The translations under genes were made by a program, and so were the position numbers. Below, piece by piece: positions 37,610 through 51,812 of a stretch of DNA of 64,000 bases (within the stretch, counting starts at the first letter, position 1; each line of letters begins with the position of its first letter). The stretch comes from the human T2T-CHM13v2.0 reference genome, Homo sapiens, in NCBI RefSeq assembly GCF_009914755.1, contig NC_060932.1, one strand, 5' to 3'. Below the pieces are notes generated by a model, which ran no database searches, was not told the origin of the DNA, and saw nothing but the letters and a program-made list of their open reading frames with translations.

Positions 37610-40600
37610 TTTTTCTATTTTTTTTTAAAGTTTCCTCATTCTAATGAGTGTGTAGTGCTATTTTATTGTGGCTTTAATTTGCATTTCCCTCATGACTATT
37701 GAAGTCAAACATCTTTTCACGTGTTTAATCTTCCTCTGTTTTGCTAATTTATAAACTCTTTTTTCAAACATTTTCCATTTTTAGAGGATTGTTTTCTTTT
37801 TCTTGCAGAATTATAAGAGTTTTGTATATATTCTGGAAACAAGTCCTTTGTAAAATATATGTGTTGTCAATAATTTCTCCCAGTCTGTGACTACCAATTT
37901 ATTTGTCTAATAATGTCTTCAGATGGGGCAGAGATTTTAATGTTGATGTAGTCTAATTCATCTTTGTTATTTTATGTTTATTGCATTTCATATCGTGTCT
38001 AAAAAATCTTTGTCTACTCTCACATTGCAAAGGTATCATCCTATGATTTCTCCCAATGGTTTATAAGTTTATTTTTTATGCATGTGTGACACTAACTAAT
38101 GAGTTCTATAGTTTCAAGTTTAAAAAAATAAAAGTAGCTCATGTATTACTTAGGTAGCCTTGGGAAGTTGTTTAATATTCTGAAAGTGAGATGTTTCATC
38201 TTTATAACTGAGATTATAATATTATCCATTTCTGCCTTAAGAGTTGTTAGAAAACTAAACATTATACAGACCATACAAGTTTTGGTAACTTACATAAGCT
38301 ATAACACATATGATATTATGATAAGCAGTATCAATAACCAGAATATGTTATTGACTAATTAAAATATAAATACCATTTTTCCCCTGTGCTCACATCTGTG
38401 TCCACTCTCTCTCTCTCTTTCTGTTGCTATTTATATATCACAGTCTTTATTGTTTGATTCTGAATTTAACCATGTATGAGATACGATGAAGAGCTTCTGA
38501 ACCACAGACATATTGTTTTATATTCCATACAGCTATAGACATTTTAGCAACCATTTCTTGAGTAACTGTATGTGTAAGAACTACAGTTGGTGATATGCCT
38601 TACTACATTATTTTAGACTCTATAAGTGAATGTAAAAAAAAATTAGTGACATTACTTCAAAATAGTGAAATAATATCTGTTTAAATGACCCTTAATGATG
38701 TTGCAATTTTTACTTACAATATCATTTTTAAAAAAAATTTTATCTGAGAAGTAAAGAGTAAGGCCAGTCTTTAGAATTTGAGCTTTGTGACATCTTTTTT
38801 TAAAAAAATTTTCCTACTCTAGGATTTATGCTAAAGCTTCATAAATCCTTCCAATATTTTAATTATTTGGGAAGCTGGAGCTGTTGCATTTGCAATCTAT
38901 TTTTCAATTCTCAGGGAAAATTTTATTTATTTTGTAAAACTTATTAAACTGCATCAGATCTTAACAATGAGATAAAATTCTTCACCAAAATCTTAATATG
39001 ACTTTGTGCTTCTTTTTTTTTCACTTTTTAAATATTTATTTGTGTAAATATCAGAATTACACTTTTAGATATTTATTATGGGGAAATACAAAGCTAATAT
39101 TCCCCAAATCTAGTTCTCTGCTGTTCCAAATGCTGTCAGATGCTCTAGAATATCTGATGAATGCAAATTAAAGAGTATATAAATCAAATAAAAGTTGTTA
39201 ATGACTTCAGATTCCAAGGGATCTTTCACCTATTCATTCATTGAAAAGAGAAAGGGAAAACTCCTGTTCAGACATGGGGATTGAGTTTCTATTGACAACA
39301 CTCAATACATTAACAGAAAAATGCCAAAGCTGAGATTTTGAAAAAAGTAGTCAGTTTTGCACTCACCTCTTAATAAACTGTATCTGTGCTATCAGCTCAA
39401 TACTACTGAGGGTTCCTTTGATCAGACTTCCATGGAAAGGCATTGTAAGTAACCATAAGTCTCATTTCTTGGCCAGCTCCCTAATTACTGCAACTAACTT
39501 GGCCCTCTATTTCTTCTTTTTATGTTCCACTCCATTAGGAGAGAAGATCATATTTTCTGGGCTGATGAAATTAAATTCGCCCATATTTTCCCAGTCATCA
39601 TAATTTTTACAAAGAGTTCATCTAATCAATTTTTGGCACGAGAATGACAGTACTACACTAGATGGTGCCATTAAGATGAAATAGTCATGCTGTTGAATTA
39701 GAGATACTTAAATTAGGTAGACTAAAATTTAGTTTGGCTTTTATTATACTCATTCTTTTAGCCCTTAAATACATGTTTTGCAAGGCTGGTCATTTAACTC
39801 ACATAAATATTTCTCTTAGTGTGGAAAAGAAATCTTATTTTCCAGGAGTCTTCAAACAGAGATGTTATATAAAAACTGAATTTATAAGCTTCATGTAGAG
39901 ATTGTCAAAGGATGCAATGAACACTTTCTACCTAACCTAGCACACAAAATTCCAAATGCAATAGTCGAGCAGTAGCAATCTACCTCATTGATGCATACCT
40001 AATATTGACAGAGCCCAAGGCATGTCCAGGGTCACTTCTAGAGCTCCAACCTCCATTTATTTTTTCTAGTAAATGTGGATTAAATACTTACTGTGCATAG
40101 GCACCTACTAGATGTTGCAGGGTCTATGGAAATGCATGAGACAGAATATTTGCCTATTAAGAGTTACATCTCAGTAAAAAAGCAGGATTGTGTACAAATA
40201 AACCACTGTGCCATACGCAATTGCATAAATCCAAAGAATAATTACTAGACATAGTATTCTGGAACAGTACCAGTTCAGACCCAGCCTGTCTATAAGCGAG
40301 TCATCAATCAAAGGGGGAAGATTAAAGAGGTAAACCAGGCAAATCTGGAAAAACAATCACAATCCTAAAAACTAGGACCTGAGTTCTTTGGCTTAATTCT
40401 TTGGGTTGTATTCAGTAAAGGGCAGAACTTGCACATCACTTATCTGTAGGATACACTTTGAGTGCTAAGATGGGAGACACAAAAGATACTGTATGTAAGA
40501 GAAACCAAATACAGAAGCCAGATCAAGAAGAGAATGTAAAAAAAAAAAAAATGAGTTACCAATGCAAATGAATTAGGAAGAGAATATTTGCTTTGTCATG

Positions 40601-40723
40601 AGGAAATGAAAAAGAAATTAAGGAAACCAACAAACACAAGGAGATTCTGTGTAAACATTTGGATGAAGAACCCAGAGAAAACTCCTGTGTATAAACAGAA
40701 AATTGTAGAGTATTTTGAAAAGT

Positions 40724-40845
40724 TGACTACTGCTTCACCATTGATTATGCAGAGATACTGATTACACAGTATACAGAGATACTGATTATACAGATACAGA
40801 TTACACAGAGATACTATACTATAATAATTCGTGAAGCAGTAGTCA
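40724..40845. repeat. 15-bp perfect inverted repeat around iterated cagagatact/gatta units
   Basis: tgactactgcttcac (40724-40738) / gtgaagcagtagtca (40831-40845). Confidence 0.85.
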
Positions 40846-41269
40846 CCTACTAAAAGCCAAGATTCATATCACATTTTGTGAAACTGTTGGAGACAAGTGA
40901 GAAAAAAATATTTCATAATAGATATGGAAAAAGTGTCTGAACCAAGGACCCTATCAGGATAATGAGGCTGCTTATTGATTTTTGGTTTCTCATAAGACTT
41001 CCTGTGGCTCAGCTAGATTAGGTAATAATTGTATTACTAAGTTTTATCCATTTACTGAATATAGAAATGTTAGAAAACCTACCTTCTGCACAACACTAAC
41101 TAGATTTGAGGATAAAGGCATTAAAAAAACATAGACATGCTACCCGCAGGGCTTATGGTGTAGAAGATGAAACAGACTTGCCAAACCATGACACAAAGTT
41201 ACTCGGTTAGAATTGGGATGCTCATTGTGAAGTAGAAGTGTGAAGCATCGTGCAAGCTTATAAAGTGAG

Positions 41270-41850
41270 GAGGAACCAGAAGGATTTAGAAAGACCAGCA
41301 AGAATTGTTTGAGGATGTGATTTGAAGCTGAAGTCTCAGTTCTTGGAAGGACCTGAGAAATCAAATGCCCTGTGGCTATAAGGATAATAGACATATTGAT
41401 CAACGAATAAGGAGGGCACTAGGTTCTGTGGCGAAGTGGTCAGAAATGGAGTTGAGAATTAGGTAGGATTCAGATCACTAGGGCTTTATATGTAAAACCA
41501 AACATTTGGTATTTATTCCAAGTTTTAGGGGAAGCTAACTGAGGTTTTTAAATTGGGTATTTACATGATGCAATTTATGTTTTGCTATTATCATACGGTC
41601 AACATGTACATAATGAACTAAAAAGGCTCTGGAGAGTTTGGTGATAGATCACACAGGAGGTTCATACAACACAGAAGAGAGATAATGGGAGCTTGGGTTT
41701 GAGTGTTAGGGGTGAATACAGGGAGAAATAAATGGGTTAAAAAATAAAGCAGGAGTTAAACTGATTAGAACTGAAGCCTGAGGGAGGGAGGACAAGTTAT
41801 CAAGAGGCACGTCCTAGTTTCTGGCTTGTATGACTAAAGGATATTGGTAT
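41270..41850 (-). mobile_element. L2 relic
   Basis: cagatcactagggcttta...tttggtatttattcc...gggaagctaactgaggtttttaa...acatgatgcaattta. Confidence 0.6.
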
Positions 41851-43236
41851 ATCTTAATTGTAGCCAATTTGCAAAATATGGAAGATTATAAATAACAAGA
41901 CAAAAATTAACCTCGATTCTGCTAGACTACCACTGTAAACATTTTTCTATCCATAAATATGTATTTTTTTATCAAATTGAAAGCTTACTATAATTTTATA
42001 TTTTGGTTATTGACATACTGTGAAGCTTCTGAATATCATAAAGAATACCACAAAATCATGATTTTAATGGCTTATGCTAGCTTATGAAAGTATCATGATT
42101 TACAACAAAATAGTCACTTTTTATTAGGCATTCTGAGTATTTCCAAATTTTTTATACTTATAAATTTTAATATTACTGTAAACATTCTTGTGTACCTACT
42201 TTGTAAACACCTCTGAATGTTTTATTTTTATTAAATCAGGAGACAAATTATTAGGCTAAGGACATTTACTTTATTATAGTTCTTTTTATGTTGCAAAGTT
42301 GTTCTCAGGAAGTTGTGTTCCAAGTTGCAAGTCCACCAGCAAAGTACAAGAGCATGCATTACAATGAGGTCACCAACACAGGCTTTTAATATATGTATAT
42401 ATTTTTTGTCAACTCATAAGCAGGTAGTATATCCACAGGTCAGGGGTCACGCTTCAGGGAGAGAGACTCTCAAGCCCACCTTGGCTCAGGTATTTGCCCC
42501 TGTACCTGTTGTCCATGGGCAGGGTGCATAGCCAGGCCTGTGATACTCACTCCTGTAGGTGGAAAAAGCTTTCTAAGAGGAGGAAAAAAATGTGTGAACT
42601 GGACAGAAAATCCTTTTAAAAATGTTTAAAATGGTTAATGTTAGTAAAAAACTACAAAATCCCAATATTCCTTCCTATATACTCCATAGTGGAGAAAAAA
42701 TAAATACAAATTATTGGAAAATGCTTTTTTCTCTTGTTATTACAAACTATGTGGGACAAGCAATATAAAAATTCCAAATACGACATTTTTTGCTAAATCA
42801 CTCTTTAAAAATAAAGTCTGCTAAGACAAAAGAATTCTGTATATAACAGACTATTTTAAAAATTTGTTCCCTATAATCATTATGGTTAAAAAATATTCTA
42901 TTTGATGGCGACTCCCACTTTATTGAATTTACAAGTAAAAGAACCACTGATTTTTTGGGTACCAAAATCTAAGTTAGTTTTGTTAATTAAGAAGTCAACA
43001 GCTAGTTTATATATGCTCGAATGAATGAGGTTATTCAGAGAATGGAGGATTTAGGATATTAAAAATATAGATTGAGGAGGTCAAAATATTATTCAAGGTG
43101 GTCTTAAAAATTATTTTCTCGTGTCCTTAGAATCTGCTTCCCCATTAGTTATTTCTTGCCTTTTCTCAAATCTGTTAAATACCCATGAAGAGCCCTGCCT
43201 AGACTCTGGATGAATCCTAAAAATAGACTCATCTGC

Positions 43237-43740
43237 CTGTTTTCATCTCCAGAGCTGCAGTAAAAAATTACCACAAAGTTGATGGCTTAAGACAACACAA
43301 ATTTATTATCTTATGTTCTTGAAGGTCACATATCCAAAATGAATTGTATAGGGCTACAATCAGCATGTTGGCAAGACTGTGTTCTTTCTGGAAACTCCAG
43401 GGGAAAATTACATTTTATTTTATTTTATTTTATTTTATTTTTTGCCTTTTCCAGCTTCTAGAGATTTTCCACATTCCTTGGCTCCTGGATACACCTCTAC
43501 AATCTCAGCTTCCATTGCCACACTGCCCTTCTGACACCGACCTTCCTGCCTCTCTCTGTATGGACCTTTGTGATTATATTGGACATAATCTATGGTGATC
43601 CAAGATAATCTCCTCATCTCAAAATCTTTAACTTAATCACACCTGCAAAGTCCCTTTTGTACTATAAGGTAATACATTTGCAGGTTCTAGTGTTTAAGAT
43701 GTAGACATCTTTGAGAGGGGATATTTTTCTACCTTTCTCA
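43237..43740 (-). mobile_element. MLT1C-like MaLR solo LTR
   Basis: ttaccacaaa...ggcttaagacaacacaaatttatt...gccttttccagcttctagag...aagataatctcctcatctcaaaatc. Confidence 0.85.
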
Positions 43741-46604
43741 CTGCCAATGCACTGAGCAGCCAGTCCCTCAAAGCAGGGCACAGATCCCCCAGACATGGGC
43801 GTCCTCATCCAGGCCCATGCTGCTCCAGCTCCCGGACACCATGCTGCTGCTGTGGTCATCTTGATCTTGACCACTTGTTTCTCCCACTTTCGTGACTTTG
43901 TGATAATTATTTAATTTTTCCACTTCGGTCATTGGCTTATCTCTCCAAAGTGGCTGTTGCATTTCTTCTCAGAGTAAATCTGCAGCCTGTACCTGCCCCA
44001 GCTAATCTGTTTTGAACTCCCTGATCCAACCCAGGCATTCACCTGTGTAAATGAGATAAACACCAGGGCTCATCTTGTTCCCTATGAGGGTAAGTGGGGG
44101 CTCACATAGATTGCACCCAGGGTACTCATGGGCCCAGAAAAACTTGTTGACCCATAAGTTCCACCACTGGATGTTTTTCTGCCTTGGCTCCATATTATTT
44201 TGCTCCAATTTTCCCTTTTGGATATCATTATCTGGAGTCTTGAAACCAACCTGTCCTTTCCTATCTGCAGTTACTGGCCTGGAGTCTGCTTAAACTGGAA
44301 AACAAAAAAACTAACTAAAAAGCATAAATTTAGCAGCAACTTCATTTAGAGTACATAGAAGTATATATTGGAAATCTCTACTTTTATTTCCCACTCAAAA
44401 TATCAAATACTTGAGATAGTTACTCTTGCTTTTAACTCAGCTGTGGTCTAGTATATCTCTGTCTTTGGGCATTTTGAAACCCTCTCAGATTTTCTAAACT
44501 ACTTTAATATATCAAATTATGCAAATACTCATAACAACCCTCTGGGTATTAAGGCAAATGTTATTTATTACACTTAAAGTTAAGAAAATTGATTCAGAAA
44601 AATTAAGTGACCAGCCAAAAGTAGCACTGCTAATAAGTACAGTAGGAAATTGGTTAAGAATTTCCATGTATTCTCTAATGTAAATCAAGTATTTACTTGT
44701 TTAAAACCTTCTGCCTAAATTCTTATGTACATACATGTATAATTAGCAATGTAGTTATGTGTGGTAGTGGGGTTCAATCAGAGTTAATCTACATCCAAAT
44801 CTAGAGACACTTCATATAAGAACACATGATGTTTGTTTTAGTTGCTATTATATCTGTAAGAATAGTATACACATTTTTTCTATTGTTCAGTTTGCATTGA
44901 ATGCACATTTTTATAAAGTACTGTGAAAATAGTGCAAACATCCAACCTAAAGCGAAGAATATTTCAAAGCAATACCTATTTCTGATCAATGCTGATACAC
45001 TCCATCTTAATTTTTCTCCAGTATACTTTGAGAATCTCCTCTCCTGTCAGCTGTTTCTGTAGCTATTCTAGAGATTCACATCTATGTGTTAATGCTATCG
45101 ACCTGGTGTTCTGATTCCCAGAATCTGATGCTAACATAGAAATATGAGAAGCCAAACCCCCCTGCTTCCCGGTACTCATTCTGCCCATGCAGATGAATAT
45201 CAGGAAATGGCTCGATCACATTTTATGTCTCCAGCCAATTACAATTACCACAAGTAGGCCTGCCCAAGTGACAATTTACAGTTTACATGGGGCTGGCGTT
45301 GACAACAATGTCGATATTGACCAGAAACATCAAAGCTGTATTTCAATTCTGGGCTATCTGAATGCAGTGTTAATGTTTGTTCACCCTCCAGTCTGCAACC
45401 ATTGGCAAGTTTCTAAAATTTATTTTTCTGTTATCTCAGCAGTCATCGTGTCTCTTCAGCTTTTAGATTGAAGATGGGCTAGTTTGTTATCATGTTTCTT
45501 TCTAATGTAATTGGATAGTCATTTTATGTCAGGATCAGTGTGGTATATTTGCAAGAACGTTGGCCTTGGAATGAGAAAAAAAGTTTGGGGTCTGTCCTCA
45601 CCACTAACTAGAAGCCTGCTCTTCCACTAATCACTGCCTCCCTGAGCCTTAGATTTTTAATGTGTCAGATAAAGAAAATGATGACTATCCTCCCTATTTT
45701 AATAATGATATCATAAAATTCAAAAAGATCTATGTATCATTCATTTATAACCCATAAGTTCTTGCATATGTAGAAGACTGGGAAAGAACAGCTAATTAGG
45801 AAAAAATGAAACTTGGCTTCTAGAATATTCTTTGTAACTCTTTGGGGTATGCCCTCGACAAAGTCCCTTGGGCTTTCTCTCCTTATCAATAAAAAAGGAA
45901 GGAAACATTTAATAGTCCCCAGATTGGCTTTCAGCTCCAATAATCTAGTTTCCTAAGTATACATGTTATTTTTGTTAAATGTAAGTTCTGCATTATGTAT
46001 TAATACTTTTGCTGTTCTCTTCTAAATGACTATTTTCCAATTATTTCACACCTCCAATGCACATATTTTTTATCTATTTTCCTCCAGCATGTTTTTTCAT
46101 CAGACATCACATTTTATCAGCATCTGTTTTTTGCAAAATCTATTCAATCCTCTTCTATCATTTTTTCTTTCTTTATATTCATAACCCTTCCAAACTAAGT
46201 AACATTGAAACATTTAATTTAGTAGGCACCTACTTTATTCTTGGTAAGAAGCTACATGAAAAGAGGTACAGTACATGAGATTTCGAAGCGAGAGTAAATA
46301 GCATATTAATGTAATTCACAAATTATACTGAGCTGTAAGATATAACAAGCAACAGAGTGAATAAAGACATAATACAAATGGATTTTGAGGGGTTAGAGAC
46401 TCACAGATAAGAGCAACATTGGATTTAGTCAAAAACAAATTCACTAAGGGACAAATGTTATAAAAAAAACTTACTATAGGGGAAGATAGGGTGAAAGGGT
46501 GGTGTAGGGAAAAGTGTCGTTATTTACATTAGTAGCCTGTAAATATATGAAAAAATTATGTAGGTATGAAAGAAAAATTGGAGCATATCACTGTGTTTCT
46601 CTCA

Positions 46605-46940
46605 CTGCATTCATTTACTAGGACATTGAGCAAACGGCCGTCAAATGCTCATCCTCTGCCTAGCACTACCACTACTCTAAGTACTGGAAGTAAGAGCTAA
46701 GTAGGACACAACCCTTCTTTTCCTAGAAAGCTCACAGTCTCCAGGGGCTGGTGGACAGGCACACAATTATTGTACTGGGTGATAAAGGCAAAAACAGAGG
46801 CATTTATAACATGTATTAGAAACATGGGTAAATAAGTGAATTATTGGTTTTCACATGATCCTGGAAACTTGAGTTGAAACTTGCCAGTCGGACAAATTGC
46901 TCGGGAAGAAAGAAAGCATTCCAGATGGAGCAAAAAACAG
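46605..46940 (-). mobile_element. L2 relic
   Basis: cattcatttactaggacattgagca...gcctagcact...agctcacagtct. Confidence 0.55.
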
Positions 46941-47554
46941 AAACCATCCCAACCCTCTTCCTTTCTTAGCCCCATCCCACTACAGACTTTCACCTTTTTA
47001 AATCGGATCTAATCATTGACCTCCACTCAAAGGCAGTTTCTGAATTAGCAGTGTTTATCTTTCCTCCATGATGGATAAATCTTGTTTGGAGACCCTCCCC
47101 CTTTCTACTTGTCTGGAAAACTCTTTTTTTTTAATTTAAGGTATGCTGCCAACAATTTTCATAGAGGTCTATCTGTCTCCACCATCACACACACCTGAAT
47201 CAGGCTGGGCAGGTTTTCTACTTTCTTCTCCCAAAATATTTACATTTCTTATGCCCTAGGGTAAATCACTAACTCATTACTTCCGTTCCCGCATTTTCTA
47301 CTAGTTGGTGATATTTTGAAGTACAGAAGCTGGAATTGATTGCAAGGCATCTTGAGGTGTGTAGCCTCAGACATAATCTGTAGTAGGAGCTCAATCAATG
47401 TTTGTGAAATAAGTGAGAGAAGAATTGGCACATTCAGTCTAGGAAAAACTAAAGAGAAACTGGAGGGATGCTGAGGCAGGAATGTGGTTTAGTGCCTACA
47501 CCTTGGGCAGAGCATGTGTGTATGAGGGTACCTGTGAATCAGGTAAAACGGTAA

Positions 47555-47743
<189 letters not shown>

Positions 47744-50069
47744 TAATTATATAGTTTTAGGCAATTTGCTTTATTTCACTGATCAACAATAACATGGAGA
47801 TAGCCCCTCAGAGTTTAGTTATGGACTAAATGGGATACTGTATTTTAAAATGGCACAATACCTGGTGTGTTACAGGTGGTCTGTAAATTTAATTTCCTTA
47901 CCTCTTTTAGTCTTGAACCTAAGTTGGCCAGGCTTCTAAGGCGCCGTTTTTAAGTGACTGAGCAGATGCTTGATTGCAGCAGCCATGTGGAGGCAGTCTT
48001 AGAGTTACCAAAAAAGCAAGACAGGATAGTGAGGTAGGATGCTGTGAGCAGTGTTACATTTCAAGGACTGACAGATACTCAGCTATAGTAGGATATGAAA
48101 GCTACTATTTGGGAAATTAAATGAGTTAGTATCATTTGAATTTCCTGGGATAACATCATCTTTTGTTCTGTCAGCACTTCTTTTTGAAAATGCCACTATG
48201 TCTTAACTCTTGTAAGTAGAACTGGAAGAAGGGTCATCTATATCCATTGATGGACAGAGGTAATTATTAGGCTGAACTCATGGATGAAGGCATCCGAATC
48301 CGAGGGCTCCCAAAAGAAAGAAGTTTTTTTTTGTTGTTGTTGTTGTTTTTAGGTGGGGCCATTAAAATCCAGTTCATTTGCTTAGTTTTCTCCAATGATA
48401 AGAAGAGTCACTTTCCAGAGCATAATATATGGAGTTGAAATTGGAATCTTTTTTCATTTAATTATCAGTAGAACAAGAAAACAGCACCTAATTGTTCCTG
48501 ATGTATCATCAAGTAAATTAAATTTTGAAATTAAAAAAAGAAAAAGTGCATTTTGTAGAGCTATTCCAATGGCTTCAGTATCCCCACTTAGAAAGTACGT
48601 GATTAAAAGAATAAAAATAATATATGCTATGGCTTCCTTTATTTTATTATGACTGTTTTATTAGAAAAGGCATTAGCTATTCATCTATGAGTGATAGATG
48701 CTTAATAAACTGAATTAGGGTTATTATTAAGGCTTCATTAAGTCAAGCAATTTCAATCATTCATTTATGCTCTCTTTAAACTTGCCTTGCCAATGGCACT
48801 AAAGGAATGTTTATATCTGAAAACTCATCTGGCTTTTGAGACCCAGCTCAGGCCCCACTTCAGGCCCCACTTCTTCCAAGAAGTCTTCCTTTTCTACTTT
48901 AACCTCTCCAGACTGGGTCAGTACCTCTACTATTTCTTCTTACCCTCCATTTGTCTAAGGGGTTTAACATACTCTAGAAAGATATTCCAAGTACTGTTTC
49001 ATGAGAAATTTGTAATAATATTAGTGGGTTTCTGCTTCCACCTAAGAAAGAGTAAAATAGTCTGGATTTTCACTCTTGTCAAGCACAAATAGAAAATAGG
49101 ACAAAATACAAGAAACCACCTTTTGTGTGTGTGTGACATTAGACAGCAAGCAACACAAGACTGTCTTGTCTGGGAAAGCAAAACAAGAATGGAGGGCCCA
49201 AACAGCACCCCTGCTTTCTGGACCCAGAGGTAATCTACAAATTCCAGCACAGAAGGAAAACCCAAACAGACTCCACCCACCTTGCTGAGTTGAAGTCAAA
49301 GATGGAAGTTTGAGGAGACCAGGACAGCTAAAACCTGTTGATTCTGCAAATAACTCTGAAGTCTTTGTCTAAACACTAATCTGTCCCTGCACAGAAAGAA
49401 AACAAACCCATAAAGATGAACGAGAACAAATTCCAAAGAAAAAAACAATTGCCGAAGAGCAATAATTTAGTACTTGATTACACAATTCACATGGAATACA
49501 GTGAGCTCTAAGATGCACAAAACCCAAGGTTCACACAAGACTGGAAATGATTTGAATTTCTCTCACCTAGAGAAGAGACACCCTGTTGAATCCATAGGAC
49601 TTTCAGTAGCGAGCCAACATAACCTCCTTAGTGGGGCTCATAAAGCTCTAGAATAAAGGCTAATTTTGATTTTCCCTAAAACAGCTCAAAAGCAAAACTC
49701 AAAAGGATTTAACTAATACACAAGTAACTTGACCTCCTGCCAGTAAAAGTTCAAGAATTTTTAAATAATGCAATAAAATGCTTCACAACGTAAAATGTAC
49801 AATGCCCTACATCCAATTAAAAGTTACTAGGTAGTAAAAGAATGAAGAAAAGGTGACCCAGAAAGCAGAGATGATGAGGTTTATGGAAAATACTACTATA
49901 AATATGCTCTATATGCTCAAGTGTATAATAGAAAACATAAATATAATTAAAACATGAAAAATATTTTAATAAATACCAACATTTAATTTCTAAAAATGAG
50001 GAAACAGTATTTTTTAGCAGCAGTGACTACTACTATCATTTATTATTTGCCTTTTTTCACTGTTTCATC

Positions 50070-50290
50070 CAGAGGTATGTTAAGAAACTGGGCTCTGGAA
50101 TCAGAGGTCTGAATCTGAGTCCTGAATTCACCATTCAGTGACCATGTGACCTTTAGCAATAAACTTGGTATCTCTGTTTTCAAATGTCTTATATGCAAAT
50201 TTGAGATAAAGTAATAATGATTAAGTAGATTGGTTATAAACTTTAAATAAGAAAACACATGTAAAATACTTTGAAGAGTGATTTCAAGAT
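50070..50290 (+). mobile_element. MIR relic
   Basis: gggctctggaatcagaggtctgaatctgagtcct...tgtgaccttta. Confidence 0.7.
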
Positions 50291-51034
50291 TAAGTACTCA
50301 CTTGATGCTAGAAAATTGAATTACAGGGGTGGAAGTGAGGGTTACAGAGTACAGTATCCTTTTCAGGGAAACAGATCTAAGAAGAGACAGAATTCAGATT
50401 TGCACATTTATTCCTGGCTTCAAATCCCAGGCTCCCACAGAGGATACATGTGTCTTCATGCTGTGCTTCTGTCTGTTTCTGGTCTTGGCTTGTTGAATTG
50501 GGTGTTGACTTTTGTATTGCCAGATTCTCTCAAGATATTTTTTTTTCCTTTTCAGTTTCTTCACTTTGACAGTTTAATTTCAAACATTTGATGAACGAGT
50601 CTATGCACATTTTACCTTAGGTTTGCTTTCTTTGGATACAGGATTTCCATCTTAGAGGAAATGTAGGAAGCCATGTCTTCTGTGACCCAGGCTTCTGCCC
50701 AGAGCAACTCAGACCTCAGGAACTCAGACTAGGAGAAGTTGTCAGAAGAAGCAATTACCTTTCACAATAGTCTCAGCTGTCAGGATACCTAGATTACTAT
50801 GGTACAACTTTGGACTTAATTATATAATTTAGGTGGAAAAAGACAAGCATTAGGCATCCTGAGGGATGCTTCCTTTTAAGCTTTACTTCAAAGATGAGGA
50901 GAACATGCTGGCTTGTGGTTGTGTTGCCCTGTGGAGAGGGTGGGACAACTAACTAGGCTCCATAACTCAGCTTCACCCTTGGTGAAACAGTCACCGAATG
51001 GACTTTCCTTTCTCTGCCCTAAGAAAACAACAGC

Positions 51035-51812
51035 TGAAACTGGAGAGTTCTCTGACCCCCCTCGCAGGACATGTGATGGGGTGTGACTCATCTGTTTGGC
51101 CACCATAGACACTCAAACCCTTTAAAAGAAGGGGAGCATGTAGACGGGCAGGTGCAGGAGGCAGGGTGAGCATCCCTGGGCTCTAGCCCCATGGCAGCGT
51201 CCAGGTGTGAGAGCTTGTGACTCCTGAAGCCCAAGTGGGTGCTTGTTACAGTATGCTCTTTTAGCCTTGCCATCCACGGACTGCTTAAGTGTTAGCCAGC
51301 TCAGTGCCCTTTTGGTACCCAGGTCCTTGTCTGGCATCCAGGAAGAATCACATTGCACACAGACTTGAAGGATGAATGTGGGATTTCATTGAGTGGTGGA
51401 GGGATGGGAAGCTGGATCCATCCATCTCAGCAGGATGGATGGGAAGCTGGAAGGGGGATAGAGTGGGAAGATTATATTCTCCTGGAGTTTGCCAATTCTA
51501 GTTGCCAACCTCCTCTCTGACCATCCCCAGATGAACTGCTCTGGGCATAGAGATGCTCCTCTGTTCTCTCTGCCACACCATTCTGCCATTCTTCTGCCCT
51601 TCTGTTAGTCCTCTCATCTCCTTGTGAAGCCTGGGTCTTGGGGTTTACATGAGTACAGGATAGGGGGATGTGGTGGGCCAGAAGCAACATTTGGGTGCAA
51701 AAACAGGAATGCCTGTTTCCATTTATGGTCGTGGGGTTCCAGGCTTGTGGTGGGGCCTTTGCTGGGAACTGCCCTCTTCTACCCAGTATTTCCCTTTCTC
51801 CTGTCCTTATTA
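51035..51812 (-). mobile_element. LTR1-family ERV1 solo LTR
   Basis: 778 bp; minus strand starts ...ggacaggagaaagggaaatactgggtagaagagggc and ends ccagtttca; 4-bp TSD cagc (51031-51034, 51813-51816). Confidence 0.85.

Larger units (their letters stand above)
35755..38080 (-). mobile_element. Old L1ME/MB 3' portion interrupted by L1PA insertions
   Basis: ttgagattcatccatgctg, taaaatacctgggagtg; resumes at 37635 with cattctaatgagtgtgtagtg...tttgcatttccct. Confidence 0.75.
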
